Below, one piece after another: positions 19,754-29,563 of a stretch of 64,000 nt of DNA. Location of the stretch: NCBI GenBank assembly GCA_046318675.1, contig JBKCUA010000033.1, forward strand, positions 2,858-66,857. Direction: 5' to 3'. The position numbers were made by a program, and so were the translations under genes. Position 1 is the first letter of the stretch. Each line of letters begins with the position of its first letter. The notes beneath the pieces were generated by a model. It did no database searches. It saw only the letters and a program-made list of their open reading frames with translations, and was not told the origin of the DNA. Origin of the DNA: Holosporales bacterium (GTDB taxonomy: Bacteria; Pseudomonadota; Alphaproteobacteria; JAJTHO01).

Positions 19754-20896
19754 CTAATGCACAAGGCTTAGCAAAACCTTAGCGGCGGCGTGCCCGGCGC
19801 TGGGGCTGCCTGCAGGGGGGCGCAATTTGGCCAACGCCGGGGTAACGGCGGCAGAGAACGCCTTTTTATGGCCAAACGTCTGGGTTACGGCCTCGGCCAG
19901 GGCTTGCGGCGTGGCGGCGTCTTGCAAATATTCCGGGATAACAGCCTTGTTCTCCAAAATATTAACAAGAGAGGCAAAACGAATGGTAATCAGGCGTTTG
20001 GCAATTTGGTGGGTGAGGGGATGAACGCGGTAAGCGACCACGTGGGGCGTGCCGGCGGCGGCGAGTTCCACGCTGACCGTGCCGGAGGCGGCGAGGGCAA
20101 CATCGGCCGCACGGTACAGCGGCACCCGGTAGTGACTATCCGTTACAATCCTTACGGCAAGCCGGGACTTCCTTACGATGGCGTGGACTGTGTCGGCAAG
20201 AAACGGCACGGTCATCAGGGCAAGCTGGGTATCGGGGTGGTGCTGCTGCACGCGCCGGGCGGCGTTAAGAAATAGGGGCAACAGGCGGGTTACTTCCCCC
20301 CGGCGGCTACCGGGCAGGAGCAGCAGTAAAGGCTTTTCCTTGTTTATTGCACAATCGGAATAAATATTTTTTTGTTCTGCTGTTGCATTGTAGCGTTCGA
20401 GAATAGGATGACCCACAAAGGTGCTGGCCAGGCCGTGCTTTTCAAAAAGAGGCGGCTCAAAAGGCAGCAAACAGAGCAGGTGATCATAAATCGCCGCCAT
20501 GGTCGCCGCCCGGCCCGGCTTCCACGCCCACACCGACGGCGCGACGAGATGCACCAGCTTCCCGTGCCATTTTCCCTGCTCCCTGGCGACATGGAGACGG
20601 CGCGCCAGCCGGGCATTAAACCCTGGCGCATCAATGGTGCAAACGATATTGGGTTGCGCCTCTAGCACAGCGGCTACCGTCTCTTTCAGGCGTCGAAACA
20701 GCCGTGGTAAGCGCGGCAGCACTTCGACCAACCCCATGACCGCCAGATCGTGGAGAGGAAAGAGGGATGCTAGCCCCGCCGCTTGCATCTCTTCCCCCCC
20801 GATGCCTGAAACGGCGGTGCCCGGCGGCAGGGCCTTGATGACCGCCGCGCCCAAGGCATCGCCGGAGGGTTCGCCCGCACTGAAAAAAATCTTCAT
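19754..20896 (-). CDS. lpxB: lipid-A-disaccharide synthase
   Basis: 380 aa; MKIFFSAGEPSGDALGA N-terminus and GT-B fold characteristic of LpxB; position after lpxI. Confidence 0.85.
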   Translation of the reverse strand: MKIFFSAGEPSGDALGAAVIKALPPGTAVSGIGGEEMQAAGLASLFPLHDLAVMGLVEVLPRLPRLFRRLKETVAAVLEAQPNIVCTIDAPGFNARLARRLHVAREQGKWHGKLVHLVAPSVWAWKPGRAATMAAIYDHLLCLLPFEPPLFEKHGLASTFVGHPILERYNATAEQKNIYSDCAINKEKPLLLLLPGSRRGEVTRLLPLFLNAARRVQQHHPDTQLALMTVPFLADTVHAIVRKSRLAVRIVTDSHYRVPLYRAADVALAASGTVSVELAAAGTPHVVAYRVHPLTHQIAKRLITIRFASLVNILENKAVIPEYLQDAATPQALAEAVTQTFGHKKAFSAAVTPALAKLRPPAGSPSAGHAAAKVLLSLVH

Positions 20897-21717
20897 GAGC
20901 TAGGCACCCCGCAGAGAAATAGCCCTGCTGCATCGGCGGCGGCAATGGCTTCTTCTTGTTGCAGCAGTAAGGTTTCCCCGGCACCGCCAGCAATCCCGGC
21001 AAAACCAGCGGCGGCGGCTTTGTGCATCGTATCAAGACCCAAGGCCGGCATATCCGCCCGGCGTTCCTGACCGGGTTTGGCGGTCTTGATGAGAATCATT
21101 TGGCCTTGGTAATCAAAGCCCGCCGCCCGTTCCAGCAGCGCATCGGTGCCGCCGATGTCTTCTACTGCCAGCACACGGCCTTCCGCCACCACCACCGCTT
21201 GGCCGAGATCGAGGGGGGCTAGCTGGTGCAGGGCGGCAAGACCCACAGCGATGCTGTCCCGTTCGGCGTTGGTGGGGTGACGCCGGGTCAGGCAGCGTTG
21301 AGGCAGTAACACCCCGCCCAGAATCTCGTGGGCACCCACCACGCCAAAGCCTTCTTCTTCTAAGAAACGGATGACCGCTTTCAGTAGGCCGTCGTCGCCC
21401 CGGCTGATGCCCATGCGAGCCAGCAGGCGCAGCCCTGCCGCATCCGGCGCAAGCTGGAGCAACGGCGGGCGGCGTATCTGCCCGGCCAGGACAATGTGGG
21501 TGACCCCGGCGGCCTTGAACGCGGCCAAACTAGCCCCGACGGCCCCCAACCGGCCAATGTGGTGGGGCCGCCCGGTAAGCAGGGCTGGATCGGTTTGCTC
21601 GCTAAACCCTAGGATGTAATATGGTATGTTATGTGATTCAAAGTAGTGTATCAGCAAGACAGGCAACGCGCCGCGCCCGGCGATGAGGCCATACACCCTA
21701 GGCGGCATCGCTGGCAA
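20893..21717 (-). CDS. lpxI: UDP-2,3-diacylglucosamine diphosphatase LpxI (DUF1009)
   Basis: 274 aa between lpxA and lpxB as in alphaproteobacterial lipid A clusters; N-terminal GLIAGRGALP motif. Confidence 0.6.
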   Translation of the reverse strand: MPAMPPRVYGLIAGRGALPVLLIHYFESHNIPYYILGFSEQTDPALLTGRPHHIGRLGAVGASLAAFKAAGVTHIVLAGQIRRPPLLQLAPDAAGLRLLARMGISRGDDGLLKAVIRFLEEEGFGVVGAHEILGGVLLPQRCLTRRHPTNAERDSIAVGLAALHQLAPLDLGQAVVVAEGRVLAVEDIGGTDALLERAAGFDYQGQMILIKTAKPGQERRADMPALGLDTMHKAAAAGFAGIAGGAGETLLLQQEEAIAAADAAGLFLCGVPSS

Positions 21718-22516
21718 AGCTGGTGCTGGTGGCGGGGCGACAGAGCTGGCGGCTGCCCCTTGTGTTGAGGAAGGCGACTAAGTCTTGCACGGCGGTGCTG
21801 GGATTATTGCGTAATTTTTCCAAGGCTTCGGCCACGGTGGTGGTGTCGTTAAACAGGCCCTGCAAGGCGTGGCGCAGGGCGTGGATATCGTCCCTTGCAA
21901 AGCCGCGACGTTTGAGGCCGACGATGTTAAGACCCGCGAGGTGCGCCCGCTCGCCCATGACGGTGGCAAAGGGCAGGACATCATGCTCCACCCCGGAAAG
22001 GCCGCCGATCATGGCGTGTTTGCCAATACGGACAAATTGATGAACGGCGGCAAGGCCGCCAATAATGGCATGCTCACCCACTTCAACGTGGCCGGCGAGG
22101 GTGGCGTTGTTGGCCATAATAACGTTATCACTGACGATGCAATCGTGGGCAACGTGTACCCCGACCATGAGTAGGCAGTGATTACCAACTTTCGTCACCA
22201 ACCCCCCGCCAGCGGTTCCGGCATGGACGGTGGCGTGCTCACGAATGGTGGTGTGGTGGCCGATTTCAACACGGGAAGGCTCGCCTTTGTATTTTAAATC
22301 TTGGGGCACGAGGCCGATAGTGGCAAAGGGAAAAACCGTGCTGTGGGCAGCGATGCTGGTGGTGCCGCTGATAACTGCGTGGGAATGAATCGTGACGTGA
22401 TCGCCGAGGGTGATATTCCCCTCAAGAACGCTGTATGCACCAACGTGGACATCTTGGCCTAGAACAACGTCCTTGCCAATAATAGCGGTAGGGTGGATTA
22501 GGGGTGTGTCAGACAT
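21698..22516 (-). CDS. lpxA: acyl-ACP--UDP-GlcNAc O-acyltransferase
   Basis: 272 aa; left-handed beta-helix hexapeptide repeats, IHPTAIIG start, LpxA C-terminal helical domain. Confidence 0.88.
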   Translation of the reverse strand: MSDTPLIHPTAIIGKDVVLGQDVHVGAYSVLEGNITLGDHVTIHSHAVISGTTSIAAHSTVFPFATIGLVPQDLKYKGEPSRVEIGHHTTIREHATVHAGTAGGGLVTKVGNHCLLMVGVHVAHDCIVSDNVIMANNATLAGHVEVGEHAIIGGLAAVHQFVRIGKHAMIGGLSGVEHDVLPFATVMGERAHLAGLNIVGLKRRGFARDDIHALRHALQGLFNDTTTVAEALEKLRNNPSTAVQDLVAFLNTRGSRQLCRPATSTSFASDAA

Positions 22517-22997
22517 CCATGATCATCGCGGTAAAGATGGCTTCCGCGCAGACTTTCCCGTCCACGATAGCTTCGCCTGCAAAACGAAAGACATTGCGGC
22601 GGCCATGTTGTTTGGTGACGTGCAGTTGAATTTGATCCCCGGGGGAGACAGGCTTGCGGAATTTGGCCTCATCAATACCCATGAAATAGACAAGTTTCCC
22701 CTGCGCCTTGGTGCCAAGGGAATGGACGACAACAATCCCGGCGGTTTGGGCGAGAGCCTCAACGATAAGCACGCCGGGCATGACGGGACGTTCGGGGAAA
22801 TGCCCGGTGAAGAAATGCTCATTAATCGAGACATTTTTAAAGCCGATGGCGCGTTCGCCGACGCTGAGGATGCGAATACGCTCCAGCAACAGCATAGGGT
22901 AACGGTGGGGAATCATGGCCATGATGCCGTTGACGTCAATCTCAATAGGGGGAATCGTCAGGGCATCAGTGCCGATAGTCAGGGTGTTGTCAGTCAT
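22509..22997 (-). CDS. fabZ: 3-hydroxyacyl-ACP dehydratase FabZ
   Basis: 162 aa; hotdog fold motifs [27 protein letters not shown]. Confidence 0.9.
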   Translation of the reverse strand: MTDNTLTIGTDALTIPPIEIDVNGIMAMIPHRYPMLLLERIRILSVGERAIGFKNVSINEHFFTGHFPERPVMPGVLIVEALAQTAGIVVVHSLGTKAQGKLVYFMGIDEAKFRKPVSPGDQIQLHVTKQHGRRNVFRFAGEAIVDGKVCAEAIFTAMIMDV

Positions 22998-24022
22998 TCC
23001 GTTGCTGTTCCTTTGCCAGCTGCTGCCCGTTTGAGGTAGGCAACCTGGCGAAAAAATTCCTTAAGGGGTTGAGCGGGGCTTCCCCCAACGCCGCCGCCGG
23101 GGGGAATGTCCCGCATGACGCCGCTGGAGGCAGCGATGCGGGCACCGTTACCAACTTTTATATGCCCGGTCAACCCGGACTGGCCGCCGATTTGGACATA
23201 TTGGCCGATTTCCGTGCTACCGGAGATACCGACTTGAGCCACCACAATAGACCCCCGGCCAATGCGAACGTTGTGGGCGATTTGCACGAGGTTATCGATC
23301 ATCACCCCGTCTTCAATGATGGTATCAGGGCCTGCGCCGCGATCGACGGTGGTGTTCGCGCCGATTTCCACGTCGTTGCCGATGATGACCCGGCCCAGCT
23401 GCGGCACTTTTACCGGGCGTTCTGGGTCAAAGGCAAAGCCGAAGCCCGGCTGGCCGATGCGGGCGCCGGGGTAGATGACGGTGCGATGGCCAATGTGGGC
23501 GTACTCAATGCTGGCGTGGGTACCAACAGTGCACTCATCGCCGAGGGTTACCCCGTCGCCCAGCACGGCATGGGGGTTGAGGCGACAGCTGCTCCCTATC
23601 TGTACGTTCTTGCCAATAACTACCCCGGCGGCGATGTGGCAGTTGGCGCCGATGCTGGCGGTGGGATCAATAATGGCGGTGGGGTGAATAAAGGCCGTTG
23701 CTGCTGGTGCGGGGTAGAAGTATTGCGCGATGCGGGCATAGGCCTTGTAAGGGTTGGGGACAACAAGGGCGACGGTGCCGGCGGGGCACAGGGGGGCTAA
23801 CGCCGCGGTCACCAAACACGCGCCGGCTTTGGTGGTGGTAAAGGCGTCTTTGTACTTGGGGTTGTCAAAAAAGCTGATGTCGCGTGCCGTTGCCGTGTGC
23901 AGCGGCGCCACGTCGTGGATCAGGCGATCCGCTGCTTCGGTGGGGAGGGGTGCGCCCACCAACGCTGCCAGCGTCGCCAGCGGGGCAGGGATCGGAGTGG
24001 TAAAAAAACGCGCATCGGCCAT
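22994..24022 (-). CDS. lpxD: UDP-3-O-acylglucosamine N-acyltransferase
   Basis: hexapeptide-repeat LpxD; six-frame ORF extends to 24118 but MADARFFT... (24022) matches LpxD N-termini. Confidence 0.85.
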   Translation of the reverse strand: MADARFFTTPIPAPLATLAALVGAPLPTEAADRLIHDVAPLHTATARDISFFDNPKYKDAFTTTKAGACLVTAALAPLCPAGTVALVVPNPYKAYARIAQYFYPAPAATAFIHPTAIIDPTASIGANCHIAAGVVIGKNVQIGSSCRLNPHAVLGDGVTLGDECTVGTHASIEYAHIGHRTVIYPGARIGQPGFGFAFDPERPVKVPQLGRVIIGNDVEIGANTTVDRGAGPDTIIEDGVMIDNLVQIAHNVRIGRGSIVVAQVGISGSTEIGQYVQIGGQSGLTGHIKVGNGARIAASSGVMRDIPPGGGVGGSPAQPLKEFFRQVAYLKRAAAGKGTATE

Positions 24023-24156
24023 GGTGCTGCGTGTATAGGCGAAAACGGGGCGGGGGTGCAAAGGGCAAAAGAGGGAATTGTTGTGCGGCAGCGATGGGGC
24101 ATAAAAAAACCTCCCCAAGGGGGGAGGAAAAAACGGAAGGTTTTTATTGGATGGGA

Positions 24157-24402
24157 TTAGTCTTTGTTAACAGTAGTGGAAGATTTGAAGTAGCCACTCA
24201 AAAATCCGAGAGTTACTCCTAACTGCCACATGGTTAAACCTTTGATCCCAAAAGCTGCAAGAACGCCTAAAATGAGATCGCCGAATACAATTCCAACGAT
24301 CCACCCACCGACACCACCGAAGAAGGCTCCGAGGATAGGTAGGAAAAATAGACCTCCAACAACTACAACTGCACCGCCAATTATAGTCAGTAAATTTGCC
24401 AT
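24157..24402 (-). CDS. small Gly-zipper membrane protein (GlsB/YeaQ/YmgE-like)
   Basis: 81 aa, two-three TM segments rich in GxxxG ([24 protein letters not shown]); alternative start 24420. Confidence 0.45.
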   Translation of the reverse strand: MANLLTIIGGAVVVVGGLFFLPILGAFFGGVGGWIVGIVFGDLILGVLAAFGIKGLTMWQLGVTLGFLSGYFKSSTTVNKD

Positions 24403-24493
24403 TAGATAGATTAGCCTCAAAACGAACGTTTACTTTTTTAGGTGATCAAGCATAGTAAAAAATTTACATGCTAAGCTAATTAAAATTAGCCTA

Positions 24494-24511
24494 ATATATA
24501 TATATATATAT
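24494..24511. repeat. (AT)9 dinucleotide microsatellite in divergent promoter region
   Basis: atatatatatatatatat read directly, about 90 nt upstream of the small membrane protein gene. Confidence 0.8.
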
Positions 24512-24567
24512 GTCAAGTATTTTATTAATATCCGCCGTCTCAAGCCCGATCTTTTCATAACCCCCGG

Positions 24568-24603
24568 CGTTATTAAAAGTTCATCGGGTATCTTTTAATA
24601 ACG
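24568..24603. promoter_or_regulatory. perfect 12-bp inverted repeat CGTTATTAAAAG-N12-CTTTTAATAACG (candidate operator or hairpin)
   Basis: read directly; in the small-membrane-protein/ndk divergent intergenic region. Confidence 0.3.
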
Positions 24604-24899
24604 GGGCGGGGGCGGTGTTTTGGTGGAAGATGTGGCTCTCGGGCAACATGGGGAGGTGGGGATAGTGCGGTGCTTGAACACAGGCACGCGCTGCCCATTG
24701 ACCCCTTCTCCCGCTTGCGGGGGAAGGTGAGGAAGGGGGTGTCTAAAATAATAAAAACCAATAATTTTTAACCCCCCTCCCCAACCCTCCCCCGCTGCGC
24801 AGGAGAGGGGGCTGCACCGAGCTTTTCAACCCCTCAAACCACCCCTTGCGTTCTCCCCCACAGCTGCGTACAAGGACAGCCAGTTTTCAAGGAACAATC

Positions 24900-25322
24900 A
24901 TGACAATTGAGCATACTCTCTCCATTCTCAAGCCCGACGTGACGCGGCGCAACCTGACCGGGAAGGTCAACGCGGTGTTTGAAGACGCCGGGCTGCGCAT
25001 TGTAGCGCAAAAACGGCTGCATCTGACGGCGGCGCAGGCCGGGGCTTTTTACGCTGCCCATAAAGAGCGCGGCTTTTTCAAGGATTTGGTGTCCTTCATG
25101 ACCTCTGGCCCGGTGGTGGTCCAGGTGCTGGAAGGCGACAACGCCGTCCAGCGCAACCGCGATTTGATGGGGGCAACCAACCCGGCCAATGCCGCGCCGG
25201 GGACGGTGCGCAAGCTGTTTGCCGAATCCATTGAGGCAAACTCGGTGCATGGTTCTGATTCCCATGAAGCGGCGGCGGCGGAGATTGCCTTTTTCTTCTC
25301 CGGTATTGAAATTCTTCCGTGA
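24900..25322 (+). CDS. ndk: nucleoside diphosphate kinase
   Basis: 140 aa from ATG 24900 (AAGGAACAATCATG RBS); NDK motifs LSILKPD, NAVHGSDS. Confidence 0.9.
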   Translation: MTIEHTLSILKPDVTRRNLTGKVNAVFEDAGLRIVAQKRLHLTAAQAGAFYAAHKERGFFKDLVSFMTSGPVVVQVLEGDNAVQRNRDLMGATNPANAAPGTVRKLFAESIEANSVHGSDSHEAAAAEIAFFFSGIEILP

Positions 25323-25325
25323 TCT

Positions 25326-26495
25326 ATGGCGGCGTATGATCTAGAGCGGCTGTCTATCCTTATTATTGACAGCAGTTCTTTTGCATTAGCCTTGTTATCT
25401 AGGGTTTTGCGAAGCCTTGGTGTGCGTAAGATAGTTGTGGCGAACGGCGGGGCTGAGGCGGTCAATATTCTTAAGAATGCCGGTAAAATTAATAAGCTTC
25501 AGCCTTCCGCAACGGTTCAGCAGTTCGATGTTATTTTTTGCGAATGGCGGATGTCGCCAATTAATGGGGCGATGATGGTAAAGTGGATTCGGCGGCATAA
25601 AGATTCCCCCGATCCCTTTATCCCTATTATAGTTGCTAGCGCGCTTTCAGAGGCGGACGTCGCAGCAGAAGCAAGAGACCTTGGCGCGACGGAATTCCTT
25701 GTCAAGCCATTTTCTGTGGCTTCGTTGGCGGCAAAATTGGCAGGCGTCATCGAATGGCCGAGACCTTTTGTTTATTCTAGGGATTTTTTTGGCCCTGATC
25801 GCCGACGTGCCCCTCAGATAGTTGCTTTTGAAGAGCGGCGCATGGCCACGGATAGTTCAATAATGACGTTGCACCAGCCTAAGATTCCGTCCGTTTTTAA
25901 GGAAGGCGTGATGGCCTATCGGTTTGTGTTGCCTAATCGTATCAAGACATTGGTTTCCGGATTGGGCGGAATGCAGGAGCAGGGTAGCTTTGCCGAAGAA
26001 GCTATGGAATCGGCTCATGCTGGTGTTGTTGGGATGGATGCAGATTATTCAGCGTGGGCGATGGATTTAGTGAATAAGCTGGAAAAAATTTGCCACCAAT
26101 TAGCCAAACAGCCCAAAAACTATTGGAAATATTATGCCTTGATGACCGATGTATCTCATGATTTGCGTGGGCAAGGTGGGACGTTTGGTTATCCGTTAAT
26201 TAGTGCTATTGCTAAGTCATTGTTTGAATATGCGCGGCTCAATGTTTCTCCGGACTCGGCTTTTGTAGATTTACTGCATACTCATGTACAGTGCGTTCAG
26301 AGCGTACTTAGGGATAAGGTGCGCGGCGATGGCGGGGATATAGGCAAAGGTGTTTTGGAAATGCTAGATAATGCTCGGCATCATTATGAAAATCGCACCA
26401 TTGATGGTTCTTTGAAGGCGGATGCTCAAGAACCTTTAAGCGACTCAGGCCAAGATGAGTTCTTACCTGATCTGGACGATAATTTTGAAAAATAA
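25326..26495 (+). CDS. atypical receiver domain (phospho-acceptor Asp replaced by Glu) fused to C-terminal Hpt-like domain
   Basis: 389 aa; REC fold (ILIIDSS ... FDVIFCEWRMSPINGA ... IIVAS ... LVKPF) with E at the CheY D57-equivalent; C-terminal SHDLRGQGGTFGY matches the Hpt HxxKG..G motif. Confidence 0.55.
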   Translation: MAAYDLERLSILIIDSSSFALALLSRVLRSLGVRKIVVANGGAEAVNILKNAGKINKLQPSATVQQFDVIFCEWRMSPINGAMMVKWIRRHKDSPDPFIPIIVASALSEADVAAEARDLGATEFLVKPFSVASLAAKLAGVIEWPRPFVYSRDFFGPDRRRAPQIVAFEERRMATDSSIMTLHQPKIPSVFKEGVMAYRFVLPNRIKTLVSGLGGMQEQGSFAEEAMESAHAGVVGMDADYSAWAMDLVNKLEKICHQLAKQPKNYWKYYALMTDVSHDLRGQGGTFGYPLISAIAKSLFEYARLNVSPDSAFVDLLHTHVQCVQSVLRDKVRGDGGDIGKGVLEMLDNARHHYENRTIDGSLKADAQEPLSDSGQDEFLPDLDDNFEK

Positions 26496-26521
26496 TAATT
26501 TTTTATAGCAAAGTAAATATA

Positions 26522-26557
26522 GCTGGTTGCACAATTAAAAGTATAGTTGCAACCAGC
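26522..26557. terminator. terminator-like hairpin (perfect 10-bp stem GCTGGTTGCA/TGCAACCAGC, 16-nt loop) between convergent genes
   Basis: read directly; 27 nt downstream of REC-Hpt stop, A/T-rich flank on the lptB side; no strong U-tract. Confidence 0.35.
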
Positions 26558-26674
26558 GCACGGCACAAAGTGACGCGGCCGAATGGCCGAACAAAAATAA
26601 CTTATAGCGCGCAGAAGACTTTATCAATATCTACCGATAATTACGCAACGCGCTATAGTGCCCTGCGCTCTATT

Positions 26675-27391
26675 TTAATGAAAATTCTGGCCTAAATATA
26701 CCCGGCGGACATCGGGGTGGCTAACAATGGCACTGGGCGTTCCTTGCATTAGGAGTCTTCCGTCGTGAAGAATATAACCCCGGTCAACAATTTTTAGTGT
26801 TTCCCGAACGTTATGATCGGTGATGAGAACACCAATACCTCGGCCTTTCAGATGACCGATGAGGTTACGAATGTCACCTACGGCAATGGGATCAACTCCG
26901 GCTAGAGGTTCATCCAACAAGATGTAGCGTGGGCGCAATGCCAGTGCTCGGGCAATTTCTACTCGGCGACGTTCCCCACCGGACAGAGCAATAGCAGGGG
27001 TGTCACGGACGTGGTTAATGGTGAATTCTTCGAGAAGTTCTTCAAGAAGACGTTTGCGGCGTAGTGTGTCTGGTTCTGCAAGTTCAAGCACGGCTTCAAT
27101 ATTGCCGGCAGCGGTCATGCCGCGGAAGATTGACGTTTCTTGAGGTAGATAGCCTATACCAAGGCGGGCACGGCGATAAAGGGGCAGGGGCGTTATATCA
27201 GTATCATCAAGAAAAATATGACCTACATCGGGACGAACAAGACCAGATATCATATAAAAGCATGTGGTTTTCCCAGCCCCATTGGGACCCATGAGGGCTA
27301 CCGCTTCGCCGGGGCGTACTTCTATGCTAACGTCGTGCACCACAGGGCGACGGCCGTAGGTTTTACCAAGGTGCTGAGCACGCAACGTCAT
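26675..27391 (-). CDS. lptB: LPS export ABC transporter ATP-binding protein LptB
   Basis: 238 aa; near full-length match to LptB pattern ([44 protein letters not shown]). Confidence 0.85.
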   Translation of the reverse strand: MTLRAQHLGKTYGRRPVVHDVSIEVRPGEAVALMGPNGAGKTTCFYMISGLVRPDVGHIFLDDTDITPLPLYRRARLGIGYLPQETSIFRGMTAAGNIEAVLELAEPDTLRRKRLLEELLEEFTINHVRDTPAIALSGGERRRVEIARALALRPRYILLDEPLAGVDPIAVGDIRNLIGHLKGRGIGVLITDHNVRETLKIVDRGYILHDGRLLMQGTPSAIVSHPDVRRVYLGQNFH

Positions 27392-27410
27392 GGTCTTTGT
27401 GTGCCGATAC

Positions 27411-29090
27411 TTATGAATGCTGTCCAGTCAAAAGAAATGCTTTTTCATCCGATGTGAGCATGGAAGTTTCGATTAACGCTTCCTCAAAAGGAGCTTTGGT
27501 GAGCGTTTCAAACCCCAGCATCGGTCGCTCAAAACCAGTAGGTAAGGGTAAATCATCCCGCACCAGAACTAGGTTTTCAATGCGGATACCAAACGCGCCG
27601 GGTTTATAATACCCTGGTTCATTGGAGAGGATCATGCCTGGTTGTAAGGGAACTGTGTTGCGTTTAGAGATGCCTTGCGGCCCTTCATGGACAGATAGGA
27701 AGGCGCCAACACCGTGGCCAGTACCATGATCATAGTCTAGTCCTGCTTGCCATAAAAAGCGTCGCGCCAGCACATCAAGCTGTGCTCCTGTGGTTGCGGT
27801 TGGGAAGCGGGCGGTGGCTATGGCAATATGACCTTTGAGAACAAGAGTATAAGCTCTGCGAATGTCGGCAGGCGGAGTCTCATCCCATAGCCAGATAGTG
27901 CGGGTGACATCGGTAGTGCCATCTATATATTGGCCACCGGAATCAATGAGGAGAAGTTCCCCTCGGGTGATAACGCGGCTGCCCGTATCGGGTGGGCGGT
28001 AGTGAATAATAGCACCGTTGGGGCCACTGCCGATGATGCTGGGGAAGCTGGGCATAATAAAATGGTCTTGCTTGCCGCGAAAGCTATCCAGCGTACTTGC
28101 TGCCTCGGCTTCGGTTACGGGACGGCGTCGTACCTCGGAACGTAACCAGTTTAGGAATTCGCTAAGTGCTTTTCCATCCCGATGGTGTGCGGCTCGTGCA
28201 CCATTTATTTCGAAGGCATTCTTGCAGGCCTTGGGCAATAAGCAGGGGTTTTCTTTTAGTAATGCCTTCTCGCCTAAATGCTCAGCTAGCGCAGCGGAGG
28301 CGGTTTGATTGTCCAGTAGTACGGTGCCGGAAATGTCACTTAGGATGGGTAGTAAGTCTTGCAAGGGTTTCAGCTTTACACCATCGGGACAAAATCCATC
28401 ACCATTAACAAATAAAAGTACCGGATCGTTGGTGTATACAAGGGCGTAGCCACACACTAAGGGTGTAAATGGCACGTCCCTGCCACGAATATTGAGCAGC
28501 CAGCAGACACTAGCCGGATCAGAGATAAGGCAGGCAGCAGCTTGGTGTCTGGACAGGGCTTGGCGGACTAGAGCTATTTTTTCGGTGCGCGGCTGTCCTG
28601 CAATGTGTTCTGGATGTTCACTGATGCGGCTGGGAATGGGTGGGGGACGATGGAGCCAAAGGCTTTTTTCCCAGCCTACAGGTAAAGGGCACAGGGTAGC
28701 ATTAATACTAACGGCTAGTGTTTGCCAAGCTTTATATTGTTTTGGTGTCATTCGCCAGGGATCAAAACCAATGCTGTGCCTTGGCGCAGCGTTGGGAACA
28801 GTGTTAATGTTGGCGCGTACCCATTCTGTTGGGCTGGTTTGTAGAAGCGATACAATAGTTATTTTTTGTGTATCAACTTCCTGTGTTGCTTGGAGAAGGT
28901 AACGTCCGTCAACAAATAGTGCACCGGTGCCGTCTCTGCGTAGGACAAGGAACCCTGCTGAACCAGTAAAGCCAGTGATGGCTTTGATAATTTCTTCATG
29001 CGGGGGCAGGTATTCGTTCTGAAACGCATCCGTGCGTGGAAGTAGTAGAATATCCCAATGAGAGGCGATCATGGGATATTCTAACAGCAC
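27411..29090 (-). CDS. pepP: Xaa-Pro aminopeptidase (M24B family, PepP-like)
   Basis: 559 aa; creatinase-N-like domains and M24 catalytic domain with HGTGHGVG, metal ligands D/D/H/E/E pattern. Confidence 0.75.
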   Translation of the reverse strand: MLLEYPMIASHWDILLLPRTDAFQNEYLPPHEEIIKAITGFTGSAGFLVLRRDGTGALFVDGRYLLQATQEVDTQKITIVSLLQTSPTEWVRANINTVPNAAPRHSIGFDPWRMTPKQYKAWQTLAVSINATLCPLPVGWEKSLWLHRPPPIPSRISEHPEHIAGQPRTEKIALVRQALSRHQAAACLISDPASVCWLLNIRGRDVPFTPLVCGYALVYTNDPVLLFVNGDGFCPDGVKLKPLQDLLPILSDISGTVLLDNQTASAALAEHLGEKALLKENPCLLPKACKNAFEINGARAAHHRDGKALSEFLNWLRSEVRRRPVTEAEAASTLDSFRGKQDHFIMPSFPSIIGSGPNGAIIHYRPPDTGSRVITRGELLLIDSGGQYIDGTTDVTRTIWLWDETPPADIRRAYTLVLKGHIAIATARFPTATTGAQLDVLARRFLWQAGLDYDHGTGHGVGAFLSVHEGPQGISKRNTVPLQPGMILSNEPGYYKPGAFGIRIENLVLVRDDLPLPTGFERPMLGFETLTKAPFEEALIETSMLTSDEKAFLLTGQHS

Positions 29091-29563
29091 CTAATACATT
29101 TGGTACATGGTAAAAGAAATGATCATTCGCCTCTTGTCGCGCCCTAATGGTGCGACGGGTAGCCAGCGACGCATTGCCAATGCCAACCACTTTGGCAAGC
29201 CAAACTGGCGCGGCACGCAAAAAGCAATGGGATGCCCGACATCAAGCCGCTGGAGGGGCTGTTCGGCACTTCCATGGCTACGTAAAAGGCTTACCCCTGC
29301 TCTAGGCGACAACATCGGTTTTAGCAGTGTTTTTCATCTGCTCCTCCTGGTTTTCATGGTGAGTATTGGGGGTCTTTTGTTTGCTTTTTTTATTGTGAGG
29401 TTTTGAAGCTTGATGATTAATAGGTGCGATGGGTTTAGTCATTGTGATGGGAGAGGATAAAAAGGCCAGCATAACATCACCTTTGGCTGAATCACGACAA
29501 GGTATTGCTTCATCAACCTGAGGTTATCTCAAGGTTATTAATAAACTCTTAAAAAAACGGTAC

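Noticed and set aside
15406-19782. Many plus-strand six-frame ORFs (for example 16525-17079, 18219-18833, 19201-19782, 19214-19771) antisense to the module genes.
   Set aside because: They are embedded in long minus-strand genes with clear domains. The Gly-rich ones mirror the Pro codons (GGN/CCN). No RBS or independent signal supports them.
24494-24511. The TA repeat as a CRISPR or tandem-repeat array.
   Set aside because: It is a simple dinucleotide microsatellite with no spacers and no cas genes.
24573-24761. A 62-aa ORF and GC-rich block upstream of ndk as a gene.
   Set aside because: The region is dominated by inverted repeats and polypurine/polypyrimidine tracts. The ORF is on the wrong strand relative to the promoters and lacks an RBS. 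It is treated as a regulatory or repeat region.
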